From Mobula hypostoma (taxonomy: Eukaryota): a stretch of DNA of 64,000 bases. The notes under the pieces are model-generated. The model saw only the letters and a program-made list of their open reading frames with translations. It was not told the DNA's origin and ran no database searches. Shown here piece by piece: positions 1 through 13,934 of the stretch. Each line of letters begins with the position of its first letter. Within the stretch, counting starts at the first letter, position 1. The stretch spans positions 50,594,001 to 50,658,000 of the forward strand of contig NC_086097.1 of NCBI RefSeq assembly GCF_963921235.1. The letters are read 5' to 3'. The position numbers and the translations under genes were made by a program.

Positions 1-50
1 CAATAATGCCCCTTTTACATACCAAACACACTGCAATCTGAAGGCGACAG

Positions 51-2500
51 CATAAACATAGAAAACATACAGCACAATACAGGTCCTTCGGCCCACAAAG
101 CTGAGCCGAACATGTCCCTACCTTAGAACTACCTAGGCTTTACCCATAGCTCTCTATTCTTCTAAGCTCCATGTAGCCATCCAGGAGTCTCTTAAAAGAC
201 CCTATCGTTTCCGCCTCCACCACTGCTGCCAGCAGCCCATTCCACACACTCACCACTCTCTGCATAAAAAACTTACCTCTGACATCTCCTCTGTACCTAC
301 TTCCAAGCACCTTAAAACTATGCCCTTTCGTGCTAAGCATTTCAACCCTGGGGAAAAGCCTCTGACTATCCACACGATCAATGCCTCTCATTATCCTTCA
401 CTCAACCCACTCTCATAAGGCATGCTCCCCAATCCAGGCAACATCCTTGTAAATCTCCTCTGCATCCTTTCTATGGTTTCCACGTCCTTCCTGTAGTGAG
501 GCGACCAGAATTGAGCACAGTACTCCAAGTGGGGTCTGACCGAGGTCCTATATAGCTGCAACATTACCTCTTGGCTCCTAAACTCAATCCCACAATTGAT
601 GAAAGCCAATGCACTGTATGCCTTTTTAACCACAGAGTCAACCTGCATAGCAGCTTTGAGTGTCCCATGGACTCGGACCCCAAGATCCCTCTGATACCCC
701 ACACTACCAAGAGTCTTACCATTAATACTATACTCTGCCATCATATTTGACCTACCTAAAATGAACCACCTCACACTTATCTGGGTTGAACTCCATCTGC
801 CACTTCTCAGCCCAGTTCTGCATCCTATCAATGTCCCGTTGTAACCTCTGACAGCCCTCCACACTATCCACAACACCCACAACCTTTTGTGTCATCAGCA
901 AATTTACTAACCCATCCCTCCACTTCCTCATCCAGGTCATTTATAAAAATCACGAAGAATAGGGGTCCCAGAAGAGATCCCTGAAGCACACCACTGGTCA
1001 CCGGCCTCCATGCAGAACATGACCCGTTTGTTTGCCTTCTGTGGGCAAGCCAGTTCTGGATCCACAAACCAATTCCCCCTTGGATCCCATGCCTCCTTAC
1101 TTTCTCAACAAGCCTTCCATGGGGGTACCTTATCAAATGCTTTGCTAAAATCCATATACGCTACATCTATGGCTCTATCTTCATCAGTGTGCTTAGTCAC
1201 ATCCTATCGTAAGGCACGACCTGCCTTTGACAAAGCCATGTTGACTATTCCTAATCATATTATGCCTCTCCAAATATTCATAAATCCTGCCTCTCAGGAT
1301 CTTCCCCATGAACTAACCAACCACTAAAGTAAGACTCACTGGCCTATAATTTCCTGGGCTATCCCTACTCCCTTTCTTGAATAAGGGAACAACATCTGCA
1401 ACCCTCCAATCCTCCAGAACCTCTCCCGTCCTCACTGATGATGCAAAGGTCATTGCCAGAGGCTCAGCAATCTCCTCTCTCACTTCCCACAGTAGCCTGG
1501 GGTACATCTCGTCTGGTCTCGGTGACTTATCCAACTTGATGCTTTCCAAAAGTTCCAGCACATCCTCTTTCTTAATATCTACATATTCAAGCTTTTCAGT
1601 CCACTGTAAGTCATCCCTACAATCACCAAGATCCTTTTCCGTAGTGAATACTGAAGCAAAGTATTCATTTATTCATTAACTACCTCCACCATTTTCTCCA
1701 GTCCCATACACACATTTCCACTGTCACAATTGATTGGTCCTATTCTCTTACGTCTCATCCTCTTGCTCTTCACATACTTGTAGAATGCCTTGGTGTTTTC
1801 CTTAATCCTGTCCACCAAGGGCTTCTCATGGCCCCTTCTGGCTCTCCTAATTTAATTCTTAAGCTCCTTCCTGCTAGCCTTATAATCTTCTAGATTCATA
1901 TCATTACCTAGTTTTTTGAACCTTTCTTATGCTCTTCTTTTCTTCTTGACTAGATTTATAACAGCCTTTGTGCACCACGGATCTTGTACCCTACCATCCT
2001 TTCTCATTGGAACGTGCCTACTCAGAACCCCACGCAAATATCCCCTGAACATTTGCCACATTTCTTCTGTACGTTTCCCTGAGAACATCTATTTCCAATT
2101 TATGCTTCGAAGTTCCTGCCTGATAGCCTCATAGTTCCCCTTACTCCAATTAAACATTTCCCTAACTTTCCTATCCCTCTCCAATGCTATGGTAAAGGAG
2201 ATAGAATTGTGATCACTATCTCCAAAATGCTCTCCCACTGAGGGACCTGACACCTGACCAGGTTCGTTTCCCAATACCAGGTCAAGTACAGCCTCTCCTC
2301 TTGTAGGCTTATCTACATATTGTGTTAAGAAACCTTCCTGAACACACCTAACAAACTCCACCCCATCTACGCCCCTCACTCTAGGGAGATGGTAATCAAT
2401 ATTTGGGAAATCAAAATCTCCTACCACAAGAACCCTGTTATTATTACACCCTTGCAAAATCTGCCTTCCTCTCTGCTCCTCGATATCCTGTTACTATTGG
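51..2500 (-). mobile_element. CR1 LINE, 5'-truncated and degraded (EN to RT to 3' tail)
   Basis: [64 protein letters not shown] across frameshifted ORFs. Confidence 0.9.
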
Positions 2501-3199
2501 AAGGAGTGCAAAGTTGATGAAGGAATAGTTTTCATTTTACCAACTATTTAATTTCATAGGTGAAGCTTTGCTAGCAAATGCTTGCTCTTAGTTGTTATAA
2601 TCATCACTTGTACAGCATTGAGAAAAAAACACACAAAATCCATGAAAAGCATTTCTGGTTTGACTGTTCAATAGAATCAAACACTTGAGGAATCCACTTG
2701 GCTCACACTAGTGGGAAAAAAAATATCTTAGGTGTTTATTCTAGGACTTATCAAGGCTAACACCATAGTGCGTTTGAATGGAAGTTTAAATTAGGGTCCC
2801 ACCCAAGCAATTCAATGTGAAAAGATTCCAAACATTATTAAAAAGCAAGATGTCCTTACTTTAGCCCAATTACCTCCAATGAATTATGCTTTACAATTTA
2901 TGAAATTCTGATGGATGCAACTTGCTGCCTGAGTAACAATCACCAAACTTCAAAAATGTTAGTTTTTATATTATTTGGTAAAGTTAAAAAGCCAAAGGTA
3001 TCATTCAAATTAAAATTAACCTCCAACCTCTTCTGACAAACACAGCCATTTTGTGTAAAAGTAAAGCTTTCTCATTAAAAACCCTGAAGAAAGCTTCCAG
3101 CTCAGGTGATTTTTGAGAAGGTATTAACTTCCTGCCTAGCTTTGTGCAAAATGCACTGCAAGGGCAGAAGAGTGAAAAGATAAATTGTCTTCAAAGGCC

Positions 3200-3600
3200 T
3201 CGCCTGCAGACTGGAGATGCATCAGAACGCCTTACCGTACAGTGTGAGCTTCCAATCCCAGCAATGTTGATCGCCAAGCCCTGGAAGTCAAGTCAGAATG
3301 TGGCACATCGATCATGTCTTCACGATGCTCAAGCAAAACCACAATTAACACAGCTGCAGCATGAGCCCAGGCCAGTGCTGAAGTGGCAAGAATGGGAGGC
3401 AGCGTATGCTAGGTGCAAAGTTAAAATGCTGATGGAAAAACCTCTTACTGACATGCAGAAAGCTCATGTACAGGCTACATTGAGAGCACTCAGATAGTGT
3501 GAAGCTCAGGCTGTCTTAGCAGAGGCAAAGGTGTATGAAGCAGCTGATTTAGATAGTAGTGATTGTCTCTCTGGGAAGATAAATGAAGAACCGATCAGTG
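3200..3600 (+). mobile_element. Degraded BEL/Pao-type gag fragment
   Basis: Ser-rich then Ala-rich coiled-coil remnant (SSRCSSKTTINTAAA...AHVQATLRALR*CEAQAVLAEAKVYEAA), as seen in fish BEL gag N-termini; no LTR found. Confidence 0.5.
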
Positions 3601-3809
3601 GTGCAAACCTTCTAAATCCGACATGGTTGCTCAACAGAGGGAGAAATCAAAACAGCAAAGATAAGAACCAGCTTCCAGTCATGCTTCACACAAAGTTTTT
3701 CCCCAGTCCACCTCCTAAACTTGCATCCTCTGCTTCAGTATCCCGGTTAGCACAACACTATTACAGCTCAAAGTGTTCCAGAGTTCTATTCTTGCACCGA
3801 CTTTAAGGA

Positions 3810-4000
3810 GACCGTACGTCTTCCCTGTGGAATGCATGGGTCTTCCCTTTGTACTCCGGTTTCCTCCCACAGGCCAAAGCTGTACCGGGTTTGCTAACTG
3901 TCCTCTGATCAGCTTAGAGTTAAATCAGGGTTGTCAGGGGTTGCTGGGGCAGTGTGGCTTGAAGGACAGGAAGGGCCTACTCTGCGCTATATCAATAAAT
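3810..4000 (+). mobile_element. V-domain SINE fragment
   Basis: gtacgtcttccctgtgg...tccggtttcctcccaca core. Confidence 0.6.
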
Positions 4001-4387
4001 ACTTGAAACTATTAATGTTATATCCTTCTAAGTCTTTTTAGAATGATAAAATTATTCTCATCTGCTGGCTGTTCCACAACAACAGAATTTGGTAAAAAAG
4101 GATGGCACTGGAGGAGCAGGTAATTTGTTTCTGCATTGAGGAGAATTAATGAAGTTGTCTAGAGGGAGAATTTCTATACAACTAAGAAATAAAAAATGTC
4201 TTGAGGCTAATTACTGTGACAATCTTATGCGTACCTTGCTCCCCAAAGATAGGTAAATCTTTTGATAAGTAGATGATATATCAACCTAGAAAGAATTACG
4301 GATCACGTGAAATGGCTCCCAGTGAACCAGTGATAAAAGCAATGTGGAAGTGATAATAGTCAGAAATTTGTATAAATTGGAAAGTTA

Positions 4388-4573
<186 letters not shown>

Positions 4574-5230
4574 TTACAGCACCACAAATTAATAAACAGA
4601 TTCAATAAATTCTGCCACAACTACAAAATGCGTTAAGCAAAACCACATTCTCTTGGTTTTAACAATTTGGATATACAGTAGATTCCAGTTAATTGGGCCA
4701 TCGGTTAATCAGGGCGACCGCTTCTTCAGGCAACTCTTAAAGAACAAAAACTATTTTTGAGAAAATAACCGGAATTCCCTTTGTTTTTCTGGAACACTAT
4801 GCCATTTAATTGCGACAGGAGAGTGTTGCCGAACAGTTTCTAATTAGTGTCAGTCCTATGCTCTTCTGTGGCCATTAAGACACAACACCCTGCTTTGAGC
4901 AAACAGTTTTTAAATAGTATCAGTTGTGTGTGTTTGTGTTCAAAAAGCAGAGATTTTTGTCACTGATAGTTGCCAAGAAATAAGCAGCAAGACAATTCAG
5001 GTATGTTTTGCTCAGTGTGGTTTCAAGCCTTCAGGCTTGGAGATGCTAGAAACAGCCAGGAGTGAAAGTGAAACAATTCCACTACTTCAAGAAATTAGGG
5101 ACTACAAAGAATTTGAAGGTATAAACGATCATTATGCATTTTACCTTTGGTCCCCCACCTAATACTCAGCTGTCACTTGTGGCTCCAAGCAGCTATTTGC
5201 GTATGACAGCTGCTACACTGCATAACACTA

Positions 5231-6340
5231 CTTCTTCTTCGGTTGTCCACTGAAATCCAATGACGACGTCCACTCCTTTAACGGTGAGATCTTTGATGAC
5301 TATACAACCCTGGACCCACAAGCTCTATTGCAGGTGGGAATGTATAAGTAGTAGTGGTGGCAACCATGGCTGCATTTCTCCTGACTCTCTTCTGCTGTCT
5401 TCTGGTTGTTCTTTCCATGTCCAGAATACAAACCCCGTCCCTACACAGCTGTCACCAAGCGGTACGGTCAGCAGCAACCTCCTCCAGGTCCTCAAGTCTG
5501 ATCTTGCACTTCCTTAAAGCATTCTTCATCTGATCCTTATAGTGCTTCTTCGGCCCTCCAGCTGAACATCGACCACGATGTAGCTGGCTGTATAACCCTC
5601 TGTGGGGTAGCCGACATGGGGGCATCCTTATCACGTGCCCGAGCCACTACAGCTGACGCTGAGTAGTCATGGCCTCAATACTTCTGCAGTTGGTCTTTAC
5701 AAGTACTGTATTTCAGTGTGAGGCACCCGCTCATGCCAGGTAATTCCCAGGATGCGCTGCAGGCAGCTTATGTGGAAGCGCTCTAAGGACTTGATGTGAT
5801 GGCTGTAGGTTACCCAAGCACAGCTATAAAGGAGGGTGGTAACACAGACCGCTTGGTATACGGCGACCTTTGTGGAGGGACGAAGGCTCCTGTTCTGAAA
5901 GACTCTACGCCGAAGTCTCCCAAAGGCAGCTGATCCCTGTTTAACGCGGCTCTGGATGTCGTTGTCAATGCCGCCATCACCACTTCAACAGGCAGGCTAA
6001 ACCAGGTGAGGGTAGCCAGTGGGTGTCATATCTCGGCAAGATAGGGCCATGCCTGTCAGAGCGTGTGAAGTCAGTTCCAGCAGACCGGGTGAATGAGATC
6101 AACAGTGCGATCCAACGGCCAGGAAGGCAGTTCTGTAACACTGTGGATGGAGAGCGAAGGGCATGACGAGGCACAGAAGTAGTCATGGTCACCCATGGCA
6201 AACAAATAAAACCCCAGTTTGACAATCTGTATCACTGGACCCAGACGTCCGAGGTCAAGAGTGTTTAACTGCACCAGTGCACTTTAAAAATTTCTCCTGC
6301 TCAGGTTTCCTGTCATAGTCGGATATGATGGACAACCACC
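5231..6340 (-). mobile_element. RTE-clade LINE derivative nested in the Tigger element
   Basis: C-terminal GGPKKHYKDQMKNALRKCKI...AADRTAW and a (GAA)n tail; 5' boundary approximate. Confidence 0.7.
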
Positions 6341-6399
6341 ATTAGTACTGGTGATGTTCTAATTTGATCTGTATTTCATTTGGATACATAATTTATTAG

Positions 6400-6750
6400 T
6401 AGAAACAGAAAAAACCTACAGCACAATACAGGCCCTTTGGTCCACAATGCTGTGCCGAACATGTACTTACTTTAGAAATTACCTAAGGTTACCCATAGCC
6501 CTCTATTTTTCTAAGCTCCATGTACCTATCCAACAGTCTCTTAAAAGACCGTATTGTATCTACCTCCACCACAGTCGCCGGCAGCCCATTCCACACACTC
6601 GCCACTCTCTGTAAAAAACTTACGCCTGACATCTCCGCTGTACCTACTTCCAAGCATCTTAAAACTGTGCCCTCTTGTGTTAGCCATTTCAGCACTGGGA
6701 GAAAGCCTCTGACTATCCACACGATCAATGTCTCTCATCATCTTACACAT
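6400..6750 (-). mobile_element. CR1 3' fragment
   Basis: Closely similar to 51-395 and, inverted, to 36490-36825. Confidence 0.85.
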
Positions 6751-7429
6751 ATTATATTCATTTAAACAGTAGCTTGTCTTTTTTTAAAAAAAAATACCTT
6801 TTTGACTATTTCCATGAAATTTCAGCTAACTGGGGCAGCCACTTATTGGGCCAAAATGTATTGATCCCAATGTGTCCCTAATAACTGGAACCCACTGTAT
6901 TTTGTATGTCACTTTTTATCAAAGCAAGTACTACCTCATTGTGACCCTGCATCTTATATCGACCTGCACTGTACTTTCTCTGTATTGTAACACCTTATCA
7001 GCATTGTTATTGTTTTACCTTTAACTACCACAAAGCACTTTTGCGATGAATTGATCTGTATGGATGGTATGCAAGGCAATGTTTTCACTGTACCTCAATA
7101 AACCAAATTTATAAATACAAAACGTAGGTTAAAAGCTCTGAATTGCAGGAGGAGGTACAAAGGGAGCTCCAGAGGCCTTGGACCATCAGTTTAAAATTTG
7201 GGATTTGTACAAAGACAGGCTGGTGAAGGTACTCCCACACTGCAGTTGGTTCCAAGATTTATAAATGCAGGAATAAAGAAGAAGAATCGGTGATATTCTG
7301 TATCTCCAAGTAGGAAGACATGTGACATAGTAGATAGCCTGCAGGTGGTGTTTTTTCATACCATTGTCTTTTTTGGTGGTAGAGATCAGCGTTCTGATAA
7401 GAGCTTTTAGAAAAACCATTGTGAACAGA

Positions 7430-8540
7430 ATAAACTCAGCCCTCCACTCCAACCTGTCCCATCTAGAAAATACTGCCTCATACGCCAGGATATTGTTCAT
7501 CAATTTCAGTTCAGCATTTAACACAATCAACCCTCAGAGGCTGGTGAATGAGGCTCATTGAGGCTCCCCTCTCTATATCTTGGACCTAGATGGAAAGAGC
7601 TCAGTTGGTCTGAGTTGGCAGTAACATCTCAAGTTCCAGTGTGTGCTCACCCTGCTGCTGTTCACAGTGTTGACTCACAACTACACTGCCAGATCCAGTT
7701 CAAACCACTGATGGATACAAGTGGTTAGCCTCATCAGCAACAACGATGAGTCAGCGTACAGAGAGGAGGTAGAGAAATGGTGCGAGAACAACAACCCGAG
7801 TCTGAATGTGCACGAAAGTGGTGATTGTGGTCTTCAGGAAGGTGCAGGTTGACCTCTCTCCGTTGCATGTCAGTGGCTGTGCCGTGAGTGACGAACATAA
7901 AAAGTATCTTGGTGTGAACATAACGGCCGATCTAACCTGGACCCACAACATCTCCTCATCAGTCAAAAAGGCACAGCAGCACCTACACTTTCTGAGATTG
8001 AGCCGTGCAAGGCTCCCTGCCCCCATTCTAACAACTTTCTAGAGGAGCACCATCGAGAGTGTCCTGCCTGGCTGCATTATTGTGTGGTACCGCAAGCCCC
8101 TACAGCGAGTAAAAACCCTGTGAGGATCATAGGGATCCCCCCTCCTCCCTATTTGTGACATCTGCCAAGAGCATAGCACACAAATGGCCTGAAGCATCAT
8201 TGAGGGTCCCTAACATAGTCTCTTTGACCCACTACCATCAGGGAGGAGGTACAGGATCATCAGGTCTAGGACTATGAGACTGGGTAACAGCTTCTTCCCC
8301 CCAGGTCTCATCAACACCCTGCCACCACTGAGGTCTTATCACCAAGACAGTGAGCTGTCTAGAGTACTGTTTACCTGTGCTGCGCACTTCACATGCATTT
8401 TGATTTTGAATTATATTTTATTAATTTATTTGTGGTAATATTTTGTTTTATGTGCTGTGTACGTATTGTGTGCACCCACGTGGTCCATAGAAACATTGCT
8501 TGGTTACATGTATGTAGTCAGATGACATTAAGCTTGAACT
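7430..8540 (+). mobile_element. Rex1/Babar-type LINE 3' fragment
   Basis: YARILFINFSSAFNTI, KYLGVNITADLTW...KKAQQHLHFLR. Confidence 0.8.
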
Positions 8541-8893
8541 TTAAGCTCTTAGGATACTAGATAGGGTACTAATCAAACAGGCTGTTTGTCCAGGACGGTA
8601 TTGTGCTTTGAGGACTGCTGCATCTATCTGGAATAAGACGATGACTATTCTATAGGTTGCTTCCTCCCATCTTTAGTTAACTAGGGCAGCAAATTCTTGT
8701 TTTATTGTGACATTTTTCAATGTTTCTCTATTTGGCCTCCACAAGTCTGGCCCGTTCCAACTAATGTATCAAGAATGGGGGCGAATCGTATTAGAAGCAC
8801 CAATCCTGCCGCATTCGCAACTTGGAGCAACGTTTACATTAGAGGTCTCTGCCTCTAACTCTCATCAATGAAATTAACAGGAGGTGAACATTA

Positions 8894-9480
<587 letters not shown>

Positions 9481-9714
9481 CCACTGGGGGGTGAGAATGA
9501 CTTGTTACCTCTCCATCTCTATTAGTTCTGAGCTGGACAAGAAGCCAAAGTGGAAATAGCTTGCAGTGCTTCCTATGTATTTCTGTATGAAACGCCTCAA
9601 GGTTTTCGATACATCCCCGAATGCTACTTCTCCGTTATAATAGCCCATTGCATGCACGCCGGCTATTAAGTACTTATCTACAGTATGTTTATCCCATATG
9701 AGGCCTGCTTTACC

Positions 9715-10810
9715 ATGGTACCGCATGGATGTGTGCTTAGCCCACCGCCCTACTGGGTGGCTAGGCATAGCTCAAATACCATCTATAAATTTGCTGATGA
9801 TATAACCATTGTTGGCAGAATCTCAGATGGAAACAAGAGGGTGTACAGGAGTGAGTTGTACCAGCTGGTTGAGTGGTGCCGCAGCAACAACCTTGCACTC
9901 AGTGTCAGCGAGACCAAAGAGCTGATTATGGAATTTATAAAGGGTAGAACGAGGGAACACGAACCAATCCTAAAAAAGGCACCAGAAGTGGAGAGAGTGG
10001 GCAATTTCAAGTTCCTGACATCTAACCTCCTCCCAACACATCACTGTAGCTATAAAGGTGGCAAGACAGCAGCTGTATTTCAATCCCTTACTCACTCTTC
10101 CTTCAGTTAGTCCTGACCAAGGGTCTCGGCCTGAAACGTCGACTGCGCCTCTTCCTATAGATGCTGCTTGGCCTGCTGCGTTCACCAGCAACTTTGATGT
10201 ATGTTGCTTGAATTTCCAGCATCTGCAGAATTCCTGTTGTTTAAGCTGTATTTCAATAGGAGTTTGAGTTTTGGGTTGTCACCTAAAACACTCAAAAATT
10301 TAAACAGATGTACCATGGAGAGTATTTTGACAGGCTGCATCACTGTCTAGTATGGGGGCGGGGGGGGGGCTACTGCACAGGGTCAAAAGAAGCTTCAGAA
10401 AGTTGTAAAATTAGTCAGTTCCATCTTGAGTACCGGCCTCCATAGTATCCAAGACATCTTCAAGGAGCGGTGCCTCAGGAAGGCGGCCTGTATCATTGAG
10501 GATTCCCATCACCCAGGATGTACCCCCTTCTCATTGTTAACATCAGGAAGGAGGTACAGAAGCCTGAAGGCACACACTCAGTGATTCAGGAACAGTTTCT
10601 TTTCATTCCTATTCCATCCAATTCCTGAATGGTCATTGAACCCATAAACACTACCTCACTTTTATTATTTTTGCACTATTTTTAATTTAACTATTTAATA
10701 TACATACTTACTGCAATTGATTCACTTTTTTTCTATATTATCATTGTACTGCTGCTGCCAAGTTAACAAATTTCATGACATATGCTAGTGACATTAAACC
10801 TGATTCTGGT
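9715..10810 (+). mobile_element. Rex1/Babar-type LINE fragment interrupted by a Penelope terminus at ~10080-10240
   Basis: PHGCVLSP...IYKFADDITIVGRIS...WCRSNNLALSVSETKEL. Confidence 0.8.
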
Positions 10811-13470
10811 GTTTAAAGTGCTCATCCAAATACTTCAAAACTGTGAAATTTCGCATCTCCAATACCCCTCAGATTGTTAATACTAAATTTAAACAATGGT
10901 GGGAATAAAACGATGCTCCCTCCAAATCTCCTACCACTTACCTTAAACATGTGCCCTCTGATTATCGACACCTCTTCTAGAGGAGGAAGTCTCCAATTAT
11001 CGAGGAAAGTCTCTCACCATCTATGTCACTCTTGATTTTGTATACCTCAGGTCAGGTTTCCTCTCTGATCCAAGGAAAGTAAAATAAGCCCCTATGAACA
11101 AATTGCTTCATCTCGGGCAACATCCCAGTAAATCTTCACTGCACCTTCTTCAATGTAATCATATCTTTCCAGAGTAGCAACCAGAGATGTGCACAATGTG
11201 TGGTCTAATGGTTGTAATTTGCTGCCTTTTCTTTTAGATGTTCATTGACTAATGAAGCTCATCCTGTACACCATATGTTCTTAATCATCTTACCTACCCG
11301 TGTTGTTGCCACAGAGATGCTTGTACGTTTTTTTGGGTCTTATTATTCATGTATTATTATTTCTTCAGCAGTGCATGGCTTCACATCTTTCAGGATTAAA
11401 CTGCATTTGACATTTCTCTGCCCATCTTACTAACTCATCAATATGGTTCCATAGCTGAATGTTACCCTTCTCACTATTAACACTAGTTTTCATCATCTAT
11501 GAACTTACTAATCATACTTTCAATACTCTCACACAGATTGTTAGTGTATCTCAACAAACATACTGATCCCCATGTCACAAGGTTCCAATCACACAAAAGC
11601 AACTCACAACCATCATTCTCTGCTTCCCAGAACCCAGTGCTGCAGCTGTGCTCTGATGGTGTACCTCAACTCCTTGCTTCTACTTCTTATGTTAGCCAAA
11701 TTATCTTTTGGATTAATTTTGGATGTGTTGCACTTCAAGAAAGCTTTAGGAATGTTCTTGCCTTTTACCCCCATTTATCTCTTCCTGCAACATTGTTTGA
11801 AATACTCTCATTTTCAGTGTCTATTGCTGGATATGTTCAGCTTTCCAGTATGTTATTGCATGGAAATCACTAGAGCTCTCAGAACAAATTTCCATCACAG
11901 CTGAGAGAAAATCCCCAAAGTCGTACAGGGAACCTCACTGTCACATTTTCATTCAGTTGTTAAGCTCCAATAGACACGTGCTGTACCTAGTAATACAGAC
12001 CAATACTGTAGAGAGAATCTTGGTGATACCGTAATTATATCATAAAATTCTTAAGATATGCTTGAACATCTCAAACTTTGTTCAATGTTCAAAACAAGTC
12101 AAAAAGATGCTTGATTGAAGCTTATAAATATGAACAAATCTGACACTCCAGCAAAGACATGTTATCGTGGTTGTTTTGAAAATAAAATCTTGTAAATTAT
12201 AGTTGTAGAAGACATCAAATTTCTTGCACCTTATTGCACAGCCACAATAATTTTAGAAATACAGAATTTCAGGTAGAGAAATAATTGTTTTGTTACAAGG
12301 AATGGATTGTCTTTTGTGTTGTGGAAGAAATAACACAAGAAATGGAAGCAGTAAATACCTATTGATCTCTGTACCAAATTTATTCAGTAACAGCCTTCAC
12401 AGCTCTCTTAGTCTGGCAAGGTTAAAATATATTGCCTTATTTCTAAATGCCTTCTTAAGGTTTGACCCTCAGGTGTGGAAACTCACAAAATCCCACCATC
12501 CTCTCCCATATTCGTATCTATAACTCCTACAATTTTGCCGCCTGACCATCACCACTTTTCTTTGAAATACCATCAACGATTGCATAGTCAGATGAATATA
12601 CTTGAACACTGGCACGGAACCTTCTTGTAGGTGTTTCTCTCTCCAATGTACTCTTTAAAACCAACACTTTGAAATTCTGATGGCATTTTATTACGTAGCC
12701 CAATAAGTTTGGAACAATTCTCCCATGCAATCAAAAAAGGTGCTTCATGTGTTGTTATACTCGTTGCCTTAACAGCTTCCGAGCCTGGGAAATTATTATT
12801 ACAATATGCTGATTGGACTTGGGCCTGGACTGATTTACATGGATACTGCCGAAAGAAACAAATCACAGCAATAGACGAGGTTTTACACTGCTATTTCTTT
12901 ACTTAGAATGTGTAATGAAAAATATAAAACTTACATCAAATTAGATTAAAATATTGAAAAGATATTCGAGATACGAGTTTCAAGCCCACTTTAGCAGACA
13001 CAGAATTCCCTTTTTATCCTGTATTCTAGACTTCCCTTTCTTAATACCTTGTACTACTTTGGAGAAAAATCCATTTTGAAATCACTCCTCCTCTATCTAC
13101 AAAGGATAATTGCAATATTTTGTCTAATCACGTAAAAATGTAAAGTCACAAGTAGTATAGTAGTATGATGATTTAACTGGACTAGTAATCCAGAGCAATG
13201 AACTATCACTCTACAGATAAAAGTTCAAAAAACTATGCTAGTAGATGGGGCATCAGAATATATAAATTTGGAATTAAAATAGTGACCATGAAACCACTAG
13301 AGTGTTTTAATAAACCATCTGATTCACCAAATGTCTTGAAGGAAAACTGTAAGTGTAAGTTTCATTTCAATGCCTGATATTTTTCTCAACTGAAATGTGC
13401 TACTTTGGTTTAGGATTAGTAGTAATGACAATAAGTGCCAGTCTTGCCAGCCACACTTACCTTTCATGAA

Positions 13471-13592
13471 GCAAATGCCAGAAAATCTGCAGAATTTGGA
13501 AATTCAAGCAACACACAGAAAATGCTGGTGGAACACAATAGGCCAGAATGCTGCCTGGCCTGCTGCGTTCCACCAGCATTTTATGTGTGTTG
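13471..13592. mobile_element. Short fold-back Penelope terminus with a 15-bp flanking duplication
   Basis: cttacctttcatgaa at 13456-13470 and 13593-13607; arms agcaacacacagaaaatgctggtggaac / gttccaccagcattttatgtgtgttgct. Confidence 0.75.
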
Positions 13593-13934
13593 CTTACCTT
13601 TCATGAACTGCTTTAATAGTAAGTGAATTAAATACTATTTACTTAGACTCAAGATTAAAAAGCAAACAACAAAATGTTTGTTGGAACTCTCGAATAACTT
13701 CTTGCTATACCTTTTGCAGATGTAGGCAAGATGAGTACCAGCACTACTATTTAACTTCAGTGGAACAAAACTTCCTTCAGACCTTGTCTTCATTGAAGCA
13801 ACTACATCGCTCACATAAATAAGTAGAAGTAATTGAGGAAGATATATTTTAACATGTCAAAATATTTTAAATGGTTTCACATTCTAATTTATCTTGTTAA
13901 AGGTGACACATGCAATTGTGAATGTTTAAGTAAA

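Larger units (their letters stand above)
4676..6897 (+). mobile_element. Tigger/pogo-type non-autonomous DNA transposon carrying nested LINE fragments
   Basis: TA|CAGTAGATTCCAGTTAATTGGG ... CCCTAATAACTGGAACCCACTG|TA inverted termini; transposase remnant DSCQEISSKTIQVCFAQCGF. Confidence 0.8.

Noticed and set aside
11830..12910. Possible extra gene between VCPKMT and SOS2 (short ORFs on both strands, e.g. 12588..12866)
   Set aside because: No recognisable protein and no consistent exon chain; cannot be supported without a homology search
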